The notes under the pieces were generated by a model. It was not told the DNA's origin. It made no database searches and worked only from the letters and a program-made list of their open reading frames with translations. 64,000 nt of DNA from Zygnema circumcarinatum SAG 698-1b (taxonomy: Eukaryota > Plantae > Zygnematophyceae). The position numbers and the translations under genes are program-made. Of this stretch, positions 25,275 through 38,259 are shown in pieces; the stretch's first letter is position 1, and each line of letters starts with the position of its first letter. Location of the stretch: positions 2,738,327 to 2,802,326 of the forward strand of contig CM074807.1 in the NCBI GenBank assembly GCA_037447605.1, written 5' to 3'.

Positions 25275-27780
25275 TCATGTCAGCTCCTTAAGCTGGTCGG
25301 CAAGCAGCGCCCCCACCACCCCCCCCGCCATGGGCCCCACAACAGGCACCCATGCATACCACCACTCGGACGAGCCTTTCCCGGGGATGGGCATCAACCA
25401 GTGGACAATTCGGGGACCCAGGTCACGAGCAGGGTTCAGGGCAGGTCCAGTTACGCCCCCGAGCGCCAGGATCAACCTGCCCAGGATCCACCGAGCAGTC
25501 CACACTCAAATGGTGCAAAACGAACATATACTGCAAACAAGGTCAAACTAAAGAGTTGCGACATTCCGCAGTTCAGAGCCACGTAGCATTCAGACATCCG
25601 TCAGATCTCTAAAGGCAGGCAGAAAGCCCCTGCTTCCTCCCAACTTGTGTGATACTCAATGCATTGCATAGTTTGACACGGACGAAGCACGGCCTCTGCT
25701 TGCTCACCCGCCCACCAGTAGGCCCACAAGGAGCGGTTCTAGTCCTCTGGTGTAAAGGTGGAGAGTTGCAGCATCTGTAATCGACGATTTTGCGGTGTTG
25801 CCGAAGGCGAAGGCACAAAAGGTGAGAAGTGCTGTCCCAAAAAACTCCGCCCAGGTGGAAAAGAGCCAAAATAGGTGAACAGTGGAGGGTCGTGTGCAGA
25901 ACACGACCAGCTTGACTTCCTGATGCTCCTCGATGGACTGCCCTAAGTTCGGCCCACATGCATCTACAAGGTGCTTCACCTGCACACGCCATATGCTTTG
26001 CCCCTTATTTTTCACATCAAAAGTTTCAATTCACATACATGAAACCAGTCATGAAATCGGTCACTATCGAGTGCCTGAGATGCAGGCAGAACTTAGAGCT
26101 ACTGCTTCACGTTTTCATGAGAACCGAAAGGAGATTAAAGCTTCACCTTAATAAGGACCTCACCTTCAAGTCCTTTATATCACTGCTTATAACAACTTTC
26201 TGCATACTTTTGCTGTGATCCTCCATTTTCTCCGGGTCCAGTACGTTCAACCTCTGCAACCAAAACAGCCAGTATCTACAATTATGTTTAACGGTACATC
26301 TTAGTGCACAGCTTTCTCAAATGATACAGACTGCAGTGCCTTGATCAACTGCTTGAGAGTTCTCACCCACTTTCTACGGTTGACGCAACAGAAAAGAACA
26401 AGTATGAGGTATGAGAGTCGTACAGCGGCCAGACCTCCAAAAGTTGCTTGACAGGCCCAACATCATTCGCATTCTTTTCTGGCTTCACAAGCTTCCCTTT
26501 CCCTGACTTGAGATTCTTCGTAGACGCAAATCTGTTACAGGTGCACCATTAACGCCCCTACAGGTAGTTATTCTCAAATGTTATCCTGCCAACAATCGCA
26601 AAAGCAGTAGAGCCTGGGTAAAAAGAAAAATTTGGTTCAAAACCAGCTCCAAACAAAGCATGCCACTGCGTCCCGGGCCCAGCCTGCAACAACGCACCTT
26701 TTACTGCTGCCCTTAATCTCGTGGCGGAGGACTGCGACTTTTGCATCCTCCGAATTGCAGCACAGACAGTCGGGTTTCTCATCGTCGCCAATAAGCTCCA
26801 AATCTTGGAAGTGCGGAAGGTAAGTGATGAAGAGGAGAAATCCTGCTACAATGGCTCCGGACATCTCAGCAGCCCAGCAGAGAAGCATTTTCACCCATGA
26901 AATATGGCCAATAACGGCGCCGCCCAAGCTAACGGCAGGATTGAAGTAGCCTGCAGTCGCAGTTGCATAAGTTCTCTCATTTCGTCAGACCCCTCTAATG
27001 CATGTGCTAAGCGAATGCTAAAATCTATTGAGTTTGAGCTGCTCGGAGGCATTCGCCAGCAAAGCACCTCCCATTTGATTGTGAATACAGGATGTACGTC
27101 ATGACAGCATCACTGAAGCGAAGAATCGCGCTTCAGAAAAGAGTACGTGTCAAAACTCTGACGTAATTTCGCACACGAGATGAACTTAAGAGGAGCATAA
27201 AACCTCCCCAAGCCTTTGAGGTGTGCTGCTTAGGTACACTGAAACTAAGGGCGCAGCAATGTGCCACGTTGAACAATCAGTTGATTCCTTCAACATTTCC
27301 ACAACAAAATGTCGATCCACTCACAGCGGCAGCCACAGGAGCAGACCAGCTCAGCAAATTCAGAACTATCTAGATTCTACTTTTCAAGGCTCACTGTTCT
27401 CCCAGCCTTTCAGCATTCTGAATCCACAAGAAGAGTCCTTTCTCTGCTCTGCATACATACGCAGCTCCAACGTATCCAAACCAACAAACTCTACCGTTGA
27501 TAGCTGATTATCCCTCCCGCCGTGTGCAGGAGAGGAAGACGTGAGAGCTCTTGCTTATGAGCAGAGGCTGAGAGAGCATTTGCTTACCACTGATATGACC
27601 AACCATTTGCAGCGGAATAAAGACGCCGAATGCAAATCCAGCAGCGATTCCCAAGAACCCGAAGCCGTGGCCCTTGGTTCCCGGCAGGAGCGTGTTGCAG
27701 ATCGCGCCGTTCCCAAGCAGCACCAGAAGGAACGTTCCGACAAACTCAGCAACAAACAGTTTCCCGTAGTCGGACGCCAT
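25275..27780 (-). CDS. GIP: GlpF-like intrinsic protein (GIP aquaglyceroporin), 380 aa, 7 exons (27780-27588, 26950-26698, 26531-26435, 26253-26164, 26074-26039, 25979-25708, 25476-25275)
   Basis: [25 protein letters not shown] (NPA1), [57 protein letters not shown] (NPA2 with GlpF-type RD). All seven exons join in frame with GT-AG sites. Confidence 0.93.
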
Positions 27781-28080
27781 CGCCTAGAAGCCCCTCCCTC
27801 CGGGCAAACCAGTACTCGTCCTATGAGGCCTCAGCCACAGCTACCTGTCAGAAACTCGCCAATGCGACAGCCATAACCTTGCAACGAGTGCTCTCAAATC
27901 AGGCAGATCAATCCTCCTGTTAAATAACAAATGAATAAAAACAATCGAATGAGCTGAAAGCAGGTTCTTCTTCCCTATCCGCCTCTCTCTCTCAGTGCCT
28001 TCCTCTCCCTCTCTCCCTCTTTCCCTCTCTCGTCCCCGTCACTGGTCTTCTCTAACCCAGCCGCCATCGCCGCATTTACC

Positions 28081-28125
28081 AATTCGTACGATACGAACCG
28101 TACATACTTGTACGATCCGTACCTT
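28081..28125. promoter_or_regulatory. Cluster of (C)CGTAC/GTAC motifs in the GIP/ARMET-like divergent promoter
   Basis: Four GTAC cores in 40 bp (28085, 28098, 28109, 28117) and further copies at ~28294, 28324, 28345 and 28450-28475. GTAC is the SBP/SPL core site. Confidence 0.4.
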
Positions 28126-28568
28126 GTCGTGTTTTCCGTTGTCGGCTCAAAATCATGCGATGTGCCGTGATTGGATGACACAGTAGGCGCACGCATTTAT
28201 GAGGAAAGGCACACAACCCATTCAACCGTGGACTAGTCAAGGAGCCGCCATCTGTCCCGCGGCTAAGCACCCGCCTTGTTGTTTGCGCCCTGTCCGTACT
28301 GCGGGCTACGCGAAAGGCGGGGACCGTACAGCCCGAGCGCAATTCGTACAACGAAAAGAATCCGCAAGATTCACATGCCTAGTCTCTATAGGTGTGCCGA
28401 TAGCTTTTATTTTCTGTGTTTCTAACCAGACATTCTTACAATGTTGAAAGTACAGTACGGTATACGGGTACCATACGGACAAGGTCCCAGAAGCGTCCAG
28501 GGAAGTGGCAGGGAAGGGAGAGAGTTGAAGCCTTGGAAGGAGAGAGGAAGCGTTGCAGGGCATAGACT

Positions 28569-30275
28569 ATGGCGTTCGGGCGGGTGCTGGCTGCCTTGGC
28601 CCTCCTGCAGCTGCTGGTGCTGCTCGCAGGAGCGCAAGGTACAGTGAGATTATCCTCTCTGGTTTTTTCTATGTTTCTTACACTTATTGGAATGCTCCTT
28701 TGCTTGGCGGGCTGATGACATTTACGTCCATCGTGTGACCGACCTTGCAGATGATGTTCCTGAATTTGGAAAGATGAGAGTGAAGGAGCTCAAGGTGAGG
28801 GTGTTTTTCCTATGCCCGTTGGTTGTATTGACGCTGTAACTCCCTCTTTGATTTTTTTGTTTCAATCGACAAACAGCCGGTATTTTTAGGGTCTGTGACT
28901 ATTTTCTGATTTTTGACTTAGATTTCATGCGTCCGTTTGTGGTTTTGCAGAAGTTACTGGACGAGAGGGGTGTTGAATGTCAGGGATGTGTGGTAAAGCC
29001 TCTTCCTCCCTCGAGATGTTAAGCGTGAGCCACGAATTAAGGTGTTTGCAAGCTGTTCGTATCAATCTCCTTCCAGTCGCTTCTAGGAGAATACTCATAG
29101 TTTCCATTTTAATTTAGTGAATTGCAGTTATTTTTTGTGCTGCACTACTTTATCGCGGTCTGTCCAAGAGAATTTTAGCCACACTGCGCTAATATTTTAT
29201 GACATTTCAGCATAGATTACTGTTTTAGTCGAAAACTGGGTCGATTCGTTAAGCACATTGCTGAAATTTGGGAATTCAGGAGAAGGACCATCTTGTCGCC
29301 CGCATTAAGGAAACGTATCACCTGCCTGTTCTGTCGGAGGAGGAGGTGAAGGAGCGGGAACAAGCCAAAGTGAAGCCAGCTGGAAAGGGACCAAGCGCAC
29401 ACAGCTTCGCCGACAAAAATAAATTTGATGACGCGGACATTCAGAAGCTCATGGGTGAGTGACCGCCATTCGGGACCTCGCCTCCTCATGAGGACGTTCT
29501 TGTTGTACTTCCAGGTATCCAGGCATCTATAAAAGCCTAAGAGCCTAAAGCAGTTGAGTACAAGCTGGGGTGCAAATGGAGGCATCAGTGATCGTCATAG
29601 TCTGTACTAGTTTTGACTGCCTTAGCATGCGTTAAAATCACCTTGTGGACCACAAGCCCTCTCGCGGAAGGGATTTGGCGGAACACATCATGCTTATTCC
29701 GAATGCTTCCACCTATCTTCATGCAATGTTGTAATTAGTTCTCGCGTGTCAAAGAAGTTCATTCTCACTGGGCCCTCATGTTTTGCAGATGAGTTGAAGA
29801 AGAGTGGTGGTGGCTTCGACAATTTCAAGGTTTTTTCCTCTCACCCTTTCTCTCCTCAGTGTTCAGCACGTAGTTACGATCTTTATCCAGTTCTGTTAGA
29901 ACAGAATCTTGTGAGTAGCCTGCATGGACTAATGACGTAGAAAGCGCTTTTAAACAGCTCGCATTGCGCAAAATCTGAGTGGCGTGATTGTAACTCCTAC
30001 TGCCTACTTTTTCATAGTTTCCAGCCATATTTAAGCATATCACGAGATGTCACAGCAAAGTCTTCCCATCTTCAACTGAAAGGCACATAGTTCTGGATCA
30101 GGTTGTCGAGGTGGGACCCTTTACCCCTTAATGCAGTGCGGCCAAGCGGTTTATGCAGCTTCGTTATTGCGTTGGTGTTTGGTTGCAGATGTATACCCCG
30201 GACGACTTGAAGAAGTACGACTTTGGCGATCTTGACAAAGGGAATGGAAAACCTAAGCCAAATGATGAGTTGTAG
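28569..30275 (+). CDS. Secretory-pathway protein with ARMET/MANF C-terminal SAP-like domain and C-terminal NDEL ER-retention signal, 6 exons
   Basis: Signal peptide MAFGRVLAALALLQLLVLLAGAQG. Then DDVPEFGKMRVKELK|KLLDERGVECQGCV|EKDHLVARIKET (CxxC SAP-like motif). Last exon 30189-30275 is MYTPDDLKKYDFGDLDKGNGKPKPNDEL*. Confidence 0.85.
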
Positions 30276-31476
30276 CAGAAAACTATCTGCCATCGGTCAA
30301 TTTGTACAAATGCTCGTACTCATACGGCACCAGTTGAAAGAAGGGACTCGCATGACCCACGCTTTCTAGGTTCGGATGTACATGTCACGGGTATATGCCT
30401 TAGCTGGCTTTCGGTAATGTGAATGGAAAAGTAGGCTTTTAGGATATAAGGATGCGACAAAATAGTTCTCGCTTTTGGAGCACCTCTGTTTTTTCTGAAT
30501 GATGTTCTGATTCTGCGTGTAGGTGTTAGAAGTGCAGAGAAAAGTAGTTCCTTTCATCAACTGCAAAAAATCTTTCAAAGAATAACCCAACCAGTATTGC
30601 CTCCGTTGATGACACACGTCGACGAAGTTTATTCCCTTGTCACACATGTCATTCTCCTAGAGAGCTGCCAATGGAGCTGCCAATGGAGCTTTGTAGTGAC
30701 TGCACGCCTCGTTGTCATTCGCCACAGAGCCCTTCTGTATTGCCCTTGTGGGTTAAGAGCGATCAGTACATGGTTTTATGTGTCCCATACGGCTTTAGCA
30801 TGAGGGCGCAAGTGTGAGAGACACTGTGAACATAGGGCACAAGCCATCATGCTCTGTCATCGAGGGGATCTATGGTTTCTTCACTCGACTTTACCGAAAT
30901 TGTCCCCGGCATGGGCTGACTCGAAGTCTTTATCAAGCGTAAGACTACCCTTAGCACCGTAATTGGCACTTTTCTTTCGATATTGTCCTCGGTTCATGTC
31001 AAACTAAATACTCTGCTCCAGTGATCACTGACAAGTTTTGTTTACAGCTCTTGTGACTCTTGGAGGTGATTTCTGTAGATTGAGTTTGTGCTGCTTTCTT
31101 TAGCAAGACACCTGATGTTTGTTGTAGGAGTGTACAACCATGCAGCAGATACCACAAATCAGCTCAAGTACACGCGTCGTGGAGGAACTGACCTGGTGTA
31201 TTGTAGAGTTCAGGAGCAAACCGTATTCAAAAAAACATTTGCTTACAGATCTTTACATTGAAAAGATTGCACTTTGGACGAGACGCGACGAACAGGAGTA
31301 GACACGAGCATGAAGCGGAGCAGCTTGAATGATCGATCATCCCTCCAGTGGAAAATTACAGAGCAATGAGCAGCGAAATGCTAAGACCACGCAGGCTCTC
31401 TTCCATTTGAATGGCAGTACAAGACGGAAAGGTCGGACAGGCCCTGTTGAATTCAGGTTTCCGTCCTGCTTCTTTT

Positions 31477-34400
31477 TTAAAAGGGCGCCTCCAATGACTC
31501 GTCCCATACCTCTGCACTACCGTTGGAGGCATCCTCTCCCTCATCTTCCATGGACAGCCTTATGTACTCTCCGCGAGCAAAACGGTCCCATTCTGTCAAT
31601 GTCGGGTCCTCGCGCTCCTACAGCCCATCCGCAATGAGTTCGATGAGAAGGGCTCTAAAGAGTCTATGGGGGAGGGAGTCAATGCCGGATAAACAAAGGG
31701 GACGAGGGCTGCAACTTACCTGGCGGATAAGGAATGGGTCTCTAGTTTCAAACGCAACAAACTTGTTGAGATTGAAAAGAATGTTGAAAAAATTGCCGGA
31801 CAACTTGCAGCGTTTCAGGTCTCTTAGGGTCAATTCTCCTTGCTTCTGCCACCCCATACAGCAATAGGCAATGGACGCTTAGCTGAATAAGATGAGTGGA
31901 ACACTGCCATGGCCTGACCGATGTGAACAGCCAACGTGATACATTGGGCAACCGCTGAGAGCCAACCGCGATTATAAGAGCAGCCTCTCTCTCACTCTAC
32001 TGAAACGTCAATAAGGACGCACCTGGGGGTTAATCATGTCGGCCATTTGGCAACAAATATCTTCAAACAAGACGGGCTCCTGAGCCATGCACTCCATTCG
32101 GTGCAGCTGCTCCTCATAGAAGTACTGCATCTCGTGGGAGGTGATGCGCCCATCGCAGTCCATGTCCACGCACTTAAACCTGGGGAGGTTTCCCCAGAGC
32201 ACACCCAGATCAGAGGCACGCATCTAAAGCAAGCCAAAATTGGATGGTTCTATGTCGTGCTTACAAGCAAAGCATACCGAGGATGATGAGGAGAAATTTA
32301 TAGTAGTATTCAAGGAGAAGGGTTAAATCCTACCAGTACTCTAGGCTGGGTTCAGAAGATTTGTCCTCCTCCGAAAGGATAAACCACACGAAATCCTCGT
32401 AGCCCATCTTGCCCTCGACTTTGCTTGTAAACTTTCTGGGAACCTGCACAAAGCAGCATATCCGGCTGCGCCTTAGCAACCGACCAGAGGTGGATGTGCA
32501 ATGTGAAGCACTAAGGCTGCACCAGTTGGCTGGAAGGAGGAAAACATACCTGTGAAAATATGCGATCTACGATTCGATATGTGAGCGCATGGTTCCCGTA
32601 TCGTAAAAGATCATCCTTGTCTATTGCGAAATCATGATCCGAGTCAAGTTCCCAAAATTTGCAGTAGATAACATAGAAATGCTCGTAAGAAAAGTACCTG
32701 GCAATCCAAAGCAACAACCCACCGAACGTTATGCACAACTGATCAGACTACACTCAGCATCACCATTTTCATTTACACAAAAGAGGACCCAACTGCATGT
32801 TGATATAGTGCAGAGATATGCAAGGCAAGTAGCAAACATACTTGAGAATCTTGTTGATGTCTTCTTCTTCTTCCACCTGATGCAAGGCCTGCATTAAATT
32901 GCTGCGCTTCAACTCCCGCAACAACATGCGCCCATTACCTGAACGATTTACATGATAGTATATCCGATAGATAACAGTTTCCGCTGTTGTCACCAGCCAG
33001 ACAGAATAGAAAAGTAAGGTCTTGCATGGAATTGGCTAATACATGACAAACTGCTTCACTTGAATAAGGCAGCCTTGTCAATGTTCCCACCAACCCTGAC
33101 CAGCTTCCTTGTCCTCTGCTTCAAAGCTGCGAAGAAGCTGCTTCTGAGAGCTTAAGCTTCAGATTGTGTCAACATGCGTGAGAATAATGCTTTTCCCAAC
33201 GAGCGTCTACCCCAGTCACATTCAGCAAGATAGATACAAGCCCCACCAACACCTTTCACACCCTTATTCCTAAGCCCACCATATCGCTCCTGAAACTCCG
33301 GCGTGTCATGCAGAAATTCTAGTCCTGGATGCGTCGCCAGCAACTCCCTCATCATAGGCTTCCAATCATCCTGCACCGTCACAGCTTACGAAATGGAATC
33401 AACAGTCGACCTTACGCAATGCCTTGCGACCCAACCTGAGGGCACGTGGCTCAACTGCAGTCTCTTCTGACCATTACTCCAAAGCGAGCTACAAGCACAC
33501 CCTCCGCAGAAGCAGTGATCCAGGCAATGCTCGCTTGCTGCCCACTGACTGCTTTGGAGTTGTTGGAGGGTGGAAAGGGGCCGTTAAGCGGTAGAGCCAC
33601 ACCTGTGTCAAGTAATACTTGTCCGGTTGCCTCAACACATGAAACACTCGTGTGGCCATGTCTGCTGTGAGCATATTTGCATCCACCCAGAACTTTACAA
33701 ATTTATCCCTGCAACCCCGCCATAAATCGGCATCGGAAGAAAGGAATCCATTGTGAGAAGTGCTTCCAAGCGATGAGACACTTCTTCTGCATAACTTTAG
33801 CTCTCCCAAAAGCCTAGTTCAGGAATCTCCTTCCCTTTGCATCACAGACAAGGAGCGCTGAAAGGTTAAGAAATCGCACTCTGCAAAGCAGGTACAATCT
33901 CAATGTCCCTGAACTGAATGCAGAAGCTCTCGACTGTACCCTTTCGTTTAGACTTCTTGCAGCGGCTGGGCCAGGTATAGCATACCTGGATACTAAACCA
34001 GTATTGTCTGTATCTATTTTTCTGAATAAACAGCCATTGAAATATGCCGGTAACTTGCAGACCTCCTTTGTTACTGCCAAGAAAGCTGCAACGCAGCCAC
34101 AACCAGACAATTCTCCCCATAAGCCTTGGGCACAATAAGGGCACCACCCAAAGACAGTTCAGTTGTTCTTCCACACCGCCGCCTTTGCCAAGTTGCCCTT
34201 CTTCAACGGCACATACAAGCATGACTCAAGAGGGGAGGAATCACCTTGTTGGGGAATGCCGTTGGGCTGCCTGCCAAAGATATCGTCAGTCTTCGCGGTG
34301 TTCTGCTCGGCAATCTCTTTCGTTGCAGGAGGGCCGTGAGGAAAATAGAACTGCAACAGATAACAAAATACTAACGTATATGAGCGGACAGACGGAAGCA

Positions 34401-36808
34401 CCTATTAGGTCAGACTTTCAACCATATTGATTTCCCTTCTGCCACTCGGTTGAACCCAGATTCCAAAACTTTGCTATCAAATATCTGTCCTGAGCTTAAC
34501 TCCGTTCCACTCTAAGCAGGCATGCATCCCTTCCGGCTGCTACCGGCCAGAACCAACCGTTGATTTAAGATATTTACCGGAGGAATAACTTGCTCCGCTT
34601 TCTCTGCTTCTGCTTTGACAGGGGAGCTGCTAAGACCCGAGCCAATCCCATAACGCCGTGCAGGGGACTTTGGCGATAGTGGGGAATTGCCACTGCTGCG
34701 AGGAGACAAGGGAGGTGTACTGGAATTTCCAAACAGAGCCTGGGCACTCGAGGGCGATAATGGTGAAGGGCTGCTCGGGCTATGGCTTCCAATTGCAGAA
34801 GGACCGCTTAGAGGTAGACCTGCCTTTGCATCCTCCAGCAGCGAGAGTACCTGCCAATGCAAACAGCCATCTTATGAGTGAGTGAGTTCACCCTCTAGCT
34901 ACATGCTACTTTTGTTATCCAGGGCTATTTTAGCAACGAAACGCTCTGTGGCGGACAGCCTCAATGCACCGATGGAACGTAAAAGACTGTCCTCGAAACA
35001 GATTATGAAGCATGTGCTTGTCACTTCCCCACAACCTACGATTAAAAAAAATAGGCAAAATTGTTCGAATTGTTGCTGCTTGCCTGCTAGCTTATACCTC
35101 TTCATTCTGAATCGTGCGAATGAGATACACAAACCGGCGCAGGTCCGATTCCTTATGCAACAAGTTCTATAATCCCTCACAATCCTCCTCGTGATCGAAT
35201 GCAACTATGGACAATGCACTCGGCATGAAACGAGCGCTATCAGGATGGCTTAGAAACACAACAACCTTACAGTTGAGAATGACGTGGGTGCTATGTAACC
35301 ACAGAGAAGCTTTTTAGCTTTTTCAAGGTCAAAGTATAAGGCGGGGATCGTTTTTAAATGAAATAACGCAATTTGTGCAATTGGCAAAGGAAACGAATAG
35401 GAGAACATCCACTCATAACTTGGAAATTCAGAACTATTCCTGCTCTTTTCTGTGTCCTCGATTCATAGATCGAGCGAGTTTTGTGTATCAGGCTCCACAA
35501 ACATCAGGAACTGAAACTGTATCATCACGTTGTAATATTGGGGACCTAGACAAGAAGGAACAGATTAACTGAACATTCAGATGGTGCCTTCATTTGATCC
35601 GGAGGACTAGAGCAAAGCTGTCCAATCAAGGAAACGCCATTTCAAATTATCCATTAATTTCTATAGTTGAGCATTCCCAACATGCGCCATTCTTCTGCTG
35701 ACCACTCAAACTGCGTGCATCACTTGATGAAGAACATAAAGGCATGGGAAAACCTGTAAAGTTAACTTGATGCTAGATACGCAGCCGTAACCCACCAATC
35801 TTCACAAACATCCCTGCTTGTAAACTGTCTGCTGTCACACCGTTACGCGATATCACGCAATTCAGAAAGAATGCACCGGCCAAGTTTCAAAGTGTCTCCA
35901 GAACAGCAACAATTGGCTTATAGACCAAGCAAATATCAAGGTCCTCGCAAATACATGGACCGTAGCTGTGCTAGCCACTGCTTAACACTGATCCTTGCGA
36001 ATTGCTGAAGCACCCTTGAGCATTCATTAACGCCCTCTTTGAACTTATAGGCTCACGTCGCGAAACAAAGTTGACTAACGCTGACTCCACCGCTTGACCT
36101 AACTTACAATACCACGATATACCCAGCTGTATGTTCACCGTAGGGGATCAGGAGAGCTCAAAGCTCAAACCCTAAACGACAGAAATTTTGATATTCTGAT
36201 TTTTTTTTCGACATGGTTGTACTCTTTCTTCAGTCATTGATCAAGTTATGCAGAGTCACATTGCTACTATTGATTAACTGAGGGAGTTGAGAAGGTGGCT
36301 GACTGCTTACAGCAGACAATAGAAAAGAGCGAGCTCAATTCTTTATTTGCATTCAAATCTGACTGTGCTGCCTAGTCGTTCCTGCGCCTATCTAATGCAA
36401 CCTGGCGCGCTGCATCCGAATTTACGCAACCAAAACCCATTTGTTGTAATAAAGAAGAAAATCGAAACGGATAGAAGATTATGAATGCATTGATTTTGCT
36501 CTGACATAACGAAGAGAGTGTCGAGTGACCCGGAGAAATTAGGTCATTAGTCGGAGCCTTCTGGAGAAGCTGCCAGGATGAGGGCAACCTAACAAAGTTT
36601 CAAACCTTACCAATTTCTGCGAGTCCGGAAGCGACAACCACTGAATGAAAAGCTCGTCCACCTTCAACTTGGACGAAGGAAACCTCTGGTGGATAGACGA
36701 AAGCTCCGCCAAACTTGGACCATCCCGGACTGGAGGCGCTGCCACCTCCGCGTTCTCCTCCTCCACCACCTCCCTCGATATCTCCACACGCAAGCCTTCG
36801 CCCATCAT
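31477..36808 (-). CDS. PP2A regulatory subunit B'' (EF-hand, PR72 family), multi-exon
   Basis: [123 protein letters not shown]...[11 protein letters not shown]. Confidence 0.94.
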
Positions 36809-37454
36809 CGCTGCCCGCGAGCCCTCCCCTTCCCCTCCACCTTCCCCCAACCCTCACGCAACCCCTCCCCCCTCACCCGAGCAGAGGCGCACCAGGGCTT
36901 GAGCAAGCCAGTGGGGGAAATGCGCTCGAGCTGATCTGCGCCCCAGCGTTACGCGAGGGCCGCAGCCGGAGGCAGCAGGCGCGGAGGAGGGGAGGGCGGG
37001 CAGCAGCCGGCAGCCACAGCAGCTCCCTCTCCCTCTCTCTCTCCGTCCCTCTCTGCCTGCCGGCCGTGAGTCAGTCAAGCGCGCAGCAGTCCGCGGGCGG
37101 GCGGGCGGGCGGGCGGGCACTGCCTGCCTCGGGTCGTGCCGAGCGGCCCCGGCTCAGGCCCAGGCCCTTGGGGAGGGAGGGAGGGGGGTTGGGCCATGGG
37201 AGGGGGGGAACGCATGCCCATGCCATGCCATGCCATGGATGCGAGGGCCCAATCATGAGTTGTGCCATGGGCAGTGCGTGGTACCTCCGTTGCCATGAAA
37301 TGTGCATGGAGCGATGCAACAATGGGAGCCAAGGGGAACGGGTCAATTGTTGGCTGTGGCATGTGTTTGATTGGCTGATGTGGCAAGGCCAGGCCTAGCA
37401 CACGAGTTGTTCGCGGCGCAACACGCAACCGCTCACTGGAGCACGGCCCTACTG

Positions 37455-37937
37455 GGGCGCGTTTTCAGGGTCCAACTTTCATTCAACTTGGTTGGAGCAA
37501 CCAGGGATGAGGCGGAAAGTTGATTTGCCCCCGAATTTGAATTTTTGAACCAACTTTCAACTCGGTTGTTGATTCTCGTGGTTTGCCGACAGAAAATCAA
37601 GTCAAACCGTCCGCTCGTGCTAACCAGCTTTCACAAAAGCCGAGCTGCCGCCAACGAAAACGTGCCACGTGGCATACACGTGGCAAGTCAGAACCATCAA
37701 CGAACGCTTGCCGCGGGACCTGTTCGGATTGCCCCGACGTTCAACGCGGTATGGACTGCCACGTGGCGGCATTTGATTGGTATATCGGGTTCCGTTAGTT
37801 TACCCCCTTTTTTTTCAGTTTGGGTACGAAGCAGAGACCCGAATACTTTCCAACCGTCCGCTCTTTTGAAATGACGCCATCAAGGTTTTACTACGTCAGC
37901 ACAAAGTCAAAGAAAGTTGGACCCTGAAACCGCACCC
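37455..37937. mobile_element. Non-autonomous DNA transposon (MITE, 483 bp) with 26-bp terminal inverted repeats; probably PIF/Harbinger (Tourist)-like
   Basis: Left end GGGCGCGTTTTCAGGGTCCAACTTTC (37455-37480). Right end GAAAGTTGGACCCTGAAACCGCACCC (37912-37937): 24/26 complementary, with an 18-bp perfect core. Right flank is TAA; the left TSD is not intact. No coding capacity. Confidence 0.75.
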
Positions 37938-38259
37938 TAAAGTGACCGTACAGTACGGCTAAATGGGACCAGAACTGGAAAATGTTCCGTCCTCGCCGAA
38001 TTTTGTTTGAAAATTGGCGCAATGTGCTACCACCTTGCCGGCGTAAGGAGGCCAACCCTAACAGAGCTTCCTACCGCGCCTGCCTCCCTTCTTCCTCCCT
38101 CTCTCTGGGCTCGGCTCTCCGCGCAGCTGCAGGACGCATCCTGTGCTCTTGGAGGGAAGAAGAACTGAAGCGACTTTCGGGGCCGCCATTTCGCCTGCCC
38201 CTGTTGTTACCTTTCGGTGAGCGCGCATTCCCGGGAGAAGGCAGTTAGGGTTTCGAGAT

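Noticed and set aside
36715-37428. 227-aa and related ORFs in the PP2A B'' 5' region
   Set aside because: GC-rich promoter/UTR microsatellite translations without recognizable motifs.
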